Part shown: one piece after another, positions 62,648 through 64,000 of the stretch
Layout of the letters: each line of letters opens with the position of its first letter
Numbering within the stretch: the stretch's first letter is position 1
NCBI GenBank assembly: GCA_963514005.1
Contig: OY740796.1
Span: 50,096,001-50,160,000 of the forward strand
Reading direction: 5' to 3'
Source of the DNA: Raja brachyura
Lineage: Eukaryota
Length of the DNA: 64,000 nucleotides
Program-made: the position numbers and the translations under genes
The notes under the pieces: generated by a model
Databases searched by the model: none
What the model was told of the DNA's origin: nothing
The model's input: only the letters and a program-made list of their open reading frames with translations

Positions 62648-63335
62648 AGGGTAAAGGATATTTGTTGTCACATACACCATTCTGGTGTAGTGAAATTTGA
62701 TTTGCCATTTGCAGCACATCACTAAAAGTAAGACACCACATTAAAAAAGAATTGAACATAAAACATAAAAACATCCCCCCACAATGGTTCCCACTGTGAG
62801 GGAAGGCACAAAGTCCACCCCTCTTCCACTTGTTCACCCATGGTCGGACCTATTGAGGCCTCCGCAGTCGCCGCAACGGCGGCCCAATGTTCAGGCCCTC
62901 TCGCCGGATGATGGGCTTCGGCGTCGGGAGCACACTCTTCAGCGGCTTGGAGCGTCTGGAACCGGCCTCTTGCTGCCAGAGACCGCGGCTGCCGAAGTCC
63001 ACAGGCCGCGCCGGTCGGAGCTCCGACACTGGGGGTCTCGGCGAGAGATCCCAGGCTCCGCGGTGTTCAAAGTCAGCGCCGCCGCGGCTGGAAGCTCCAC
63101 AACGACAGCTCCAGTCCCGGTGGTAGGCCGCGAGGAAGGGACGAAGATGCGGCGTGGAGAAAATCCGCATCTCCGTCCAGGTAGGGACTGAGAAAAATAG
63201 TTTCCCATTCCTCCTCCCACCCCCCACATAAAAAATATGAGACCTCCAAATGAACTTTTAACCTACTAAAAAATATAAAAGGGTGAAAGGACGGACAGCT
63301 GCAGGCTGGGCAGCCATACTTGACGGCACCCCCTC
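62648..63335 (-). mobile_element. Non-coding GC-rich retroposon with Rex1-like tail (same architecture as 16234-17238)
   Basis: Shares 5' block motifs and a 3' stem-loop plus TGACAA(C/T)AAA tail with the 16.2-kb element. Confidence 0.65.
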
Positions 63336-63643
63336 GGATTCATAATTTGAAAGCAGTATTTTCTTACCTAGAAGAATCAAAGCTGGAAAAAACAGAAGAA
63401 ATTAAGGCAAAATGTGGCAAATATTTGAGCTCATCTATTTGGATGCAAAATGGCTGCATCAGATTTGTTTGTAAATGGTGAAAAGCCAGAAGCGGTTTAA
63501 TCTCAAGGAGAGTTAAAATCATTAAAAGGTCATGGACAATTGTAAAAAAAAATCAAAAAGGCTAATGGAATGCTTGCTTATTTTATCAGGAGCAAAATTA
63601 TGAGGTCCTGATTAGGTTATAAGTGGTACATTAAGTTCAGTGT

Positions 63644-63780
63644 AGGAAAAAACTGCAGATGCACCCTTCTTCAGACTGGAAGAAGAATGGTCTGAAGAAG
63701 GGTCTCGACCCGAAACGTCACCAGTTCCTTCTCTCCAGAGATGCTGCCTGTCCCTCTGAGTTGCTCCAGAATTTTGCGTC
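63644..63780. mobile_element. Hairpin-family element with the best-formed hammerhead (63688-63723, plus strand)
   Basis: TGGT-CTGAAGA-A-GGGT[CTCG]ACCC-GAAAC-GTC-ACCA. Direct repeat TACATTAAGTTCAGTGT at 63627-63643 and 63781-63797. Confidence 0.85.
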
Positions 63781-64000
63781 TACATTAAGTTCAGTGTTGA
63801 GCACAATTTGGAAGGAGATGGTGAATTTGGAGTGGGTGTCGCTATTATTTATTTAATAAATAACATGGTTATTAAATAACATATTAACATGGTTAAATCA
63901 TGACGAAAAGTTACATGCTCTACACAAGTTTTATTCCCTGTCATTTCAACACTTAAGGGTGAATTACTATAAACTTTTGAAATATTAAGAGGATATAACA

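Noticed and set aside
61729-63229. Multiple 100-200 aa ORFs
   Set aside because: GC-rich repeat sequence that is open in several frames and lacks any domain motif.

Overview
This is vertebrate genomic DNA. The repeat content (HE1-type SINEs, elasmobranch-type CR1, Rex1/Babar, DIRS, Tc1) points to a cartilaginous fish, probably a skate or ray. The window is almost entirely intronic and centred on a CpG island at about 37.4-38.8 kb that behaves as a bidirectional promoter. On the minus strand lies exon 1 of a PTPRG-like receptor tyrosine phosphatase: an 82-nt signal-peptide coding segment (37571->37490), a GTAAGT donor and a uORF-rich 5' UTR. On the plus strand a non-coding first exon ends at a GTAAGT donor (38501/38502) and is probably FHIT by synteny. 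No other host exons were recognised. The rest is densely nested mobile DNA: a young CR1 with an uninterrupted APE+RT ORF2, a full-length decayed DIRS1 element, an RTE LINE, several Rex1 fragments, two Tc1 copies, hAT and Tc2 MITEs, Helitrons and SINEs. The most unusual signal is a family of more than 12 short hairpin elements of 130-230 bp. They carry a minimal Penelope-type hammerhead ribozyme core (CTGAAGA-A-GGGT[CTCG]ACCC-GAAAC-GTC), and several are flanked by 13-17 bp target-site duplications. All assignments come from reading the sequence and from recall; no searches were run.
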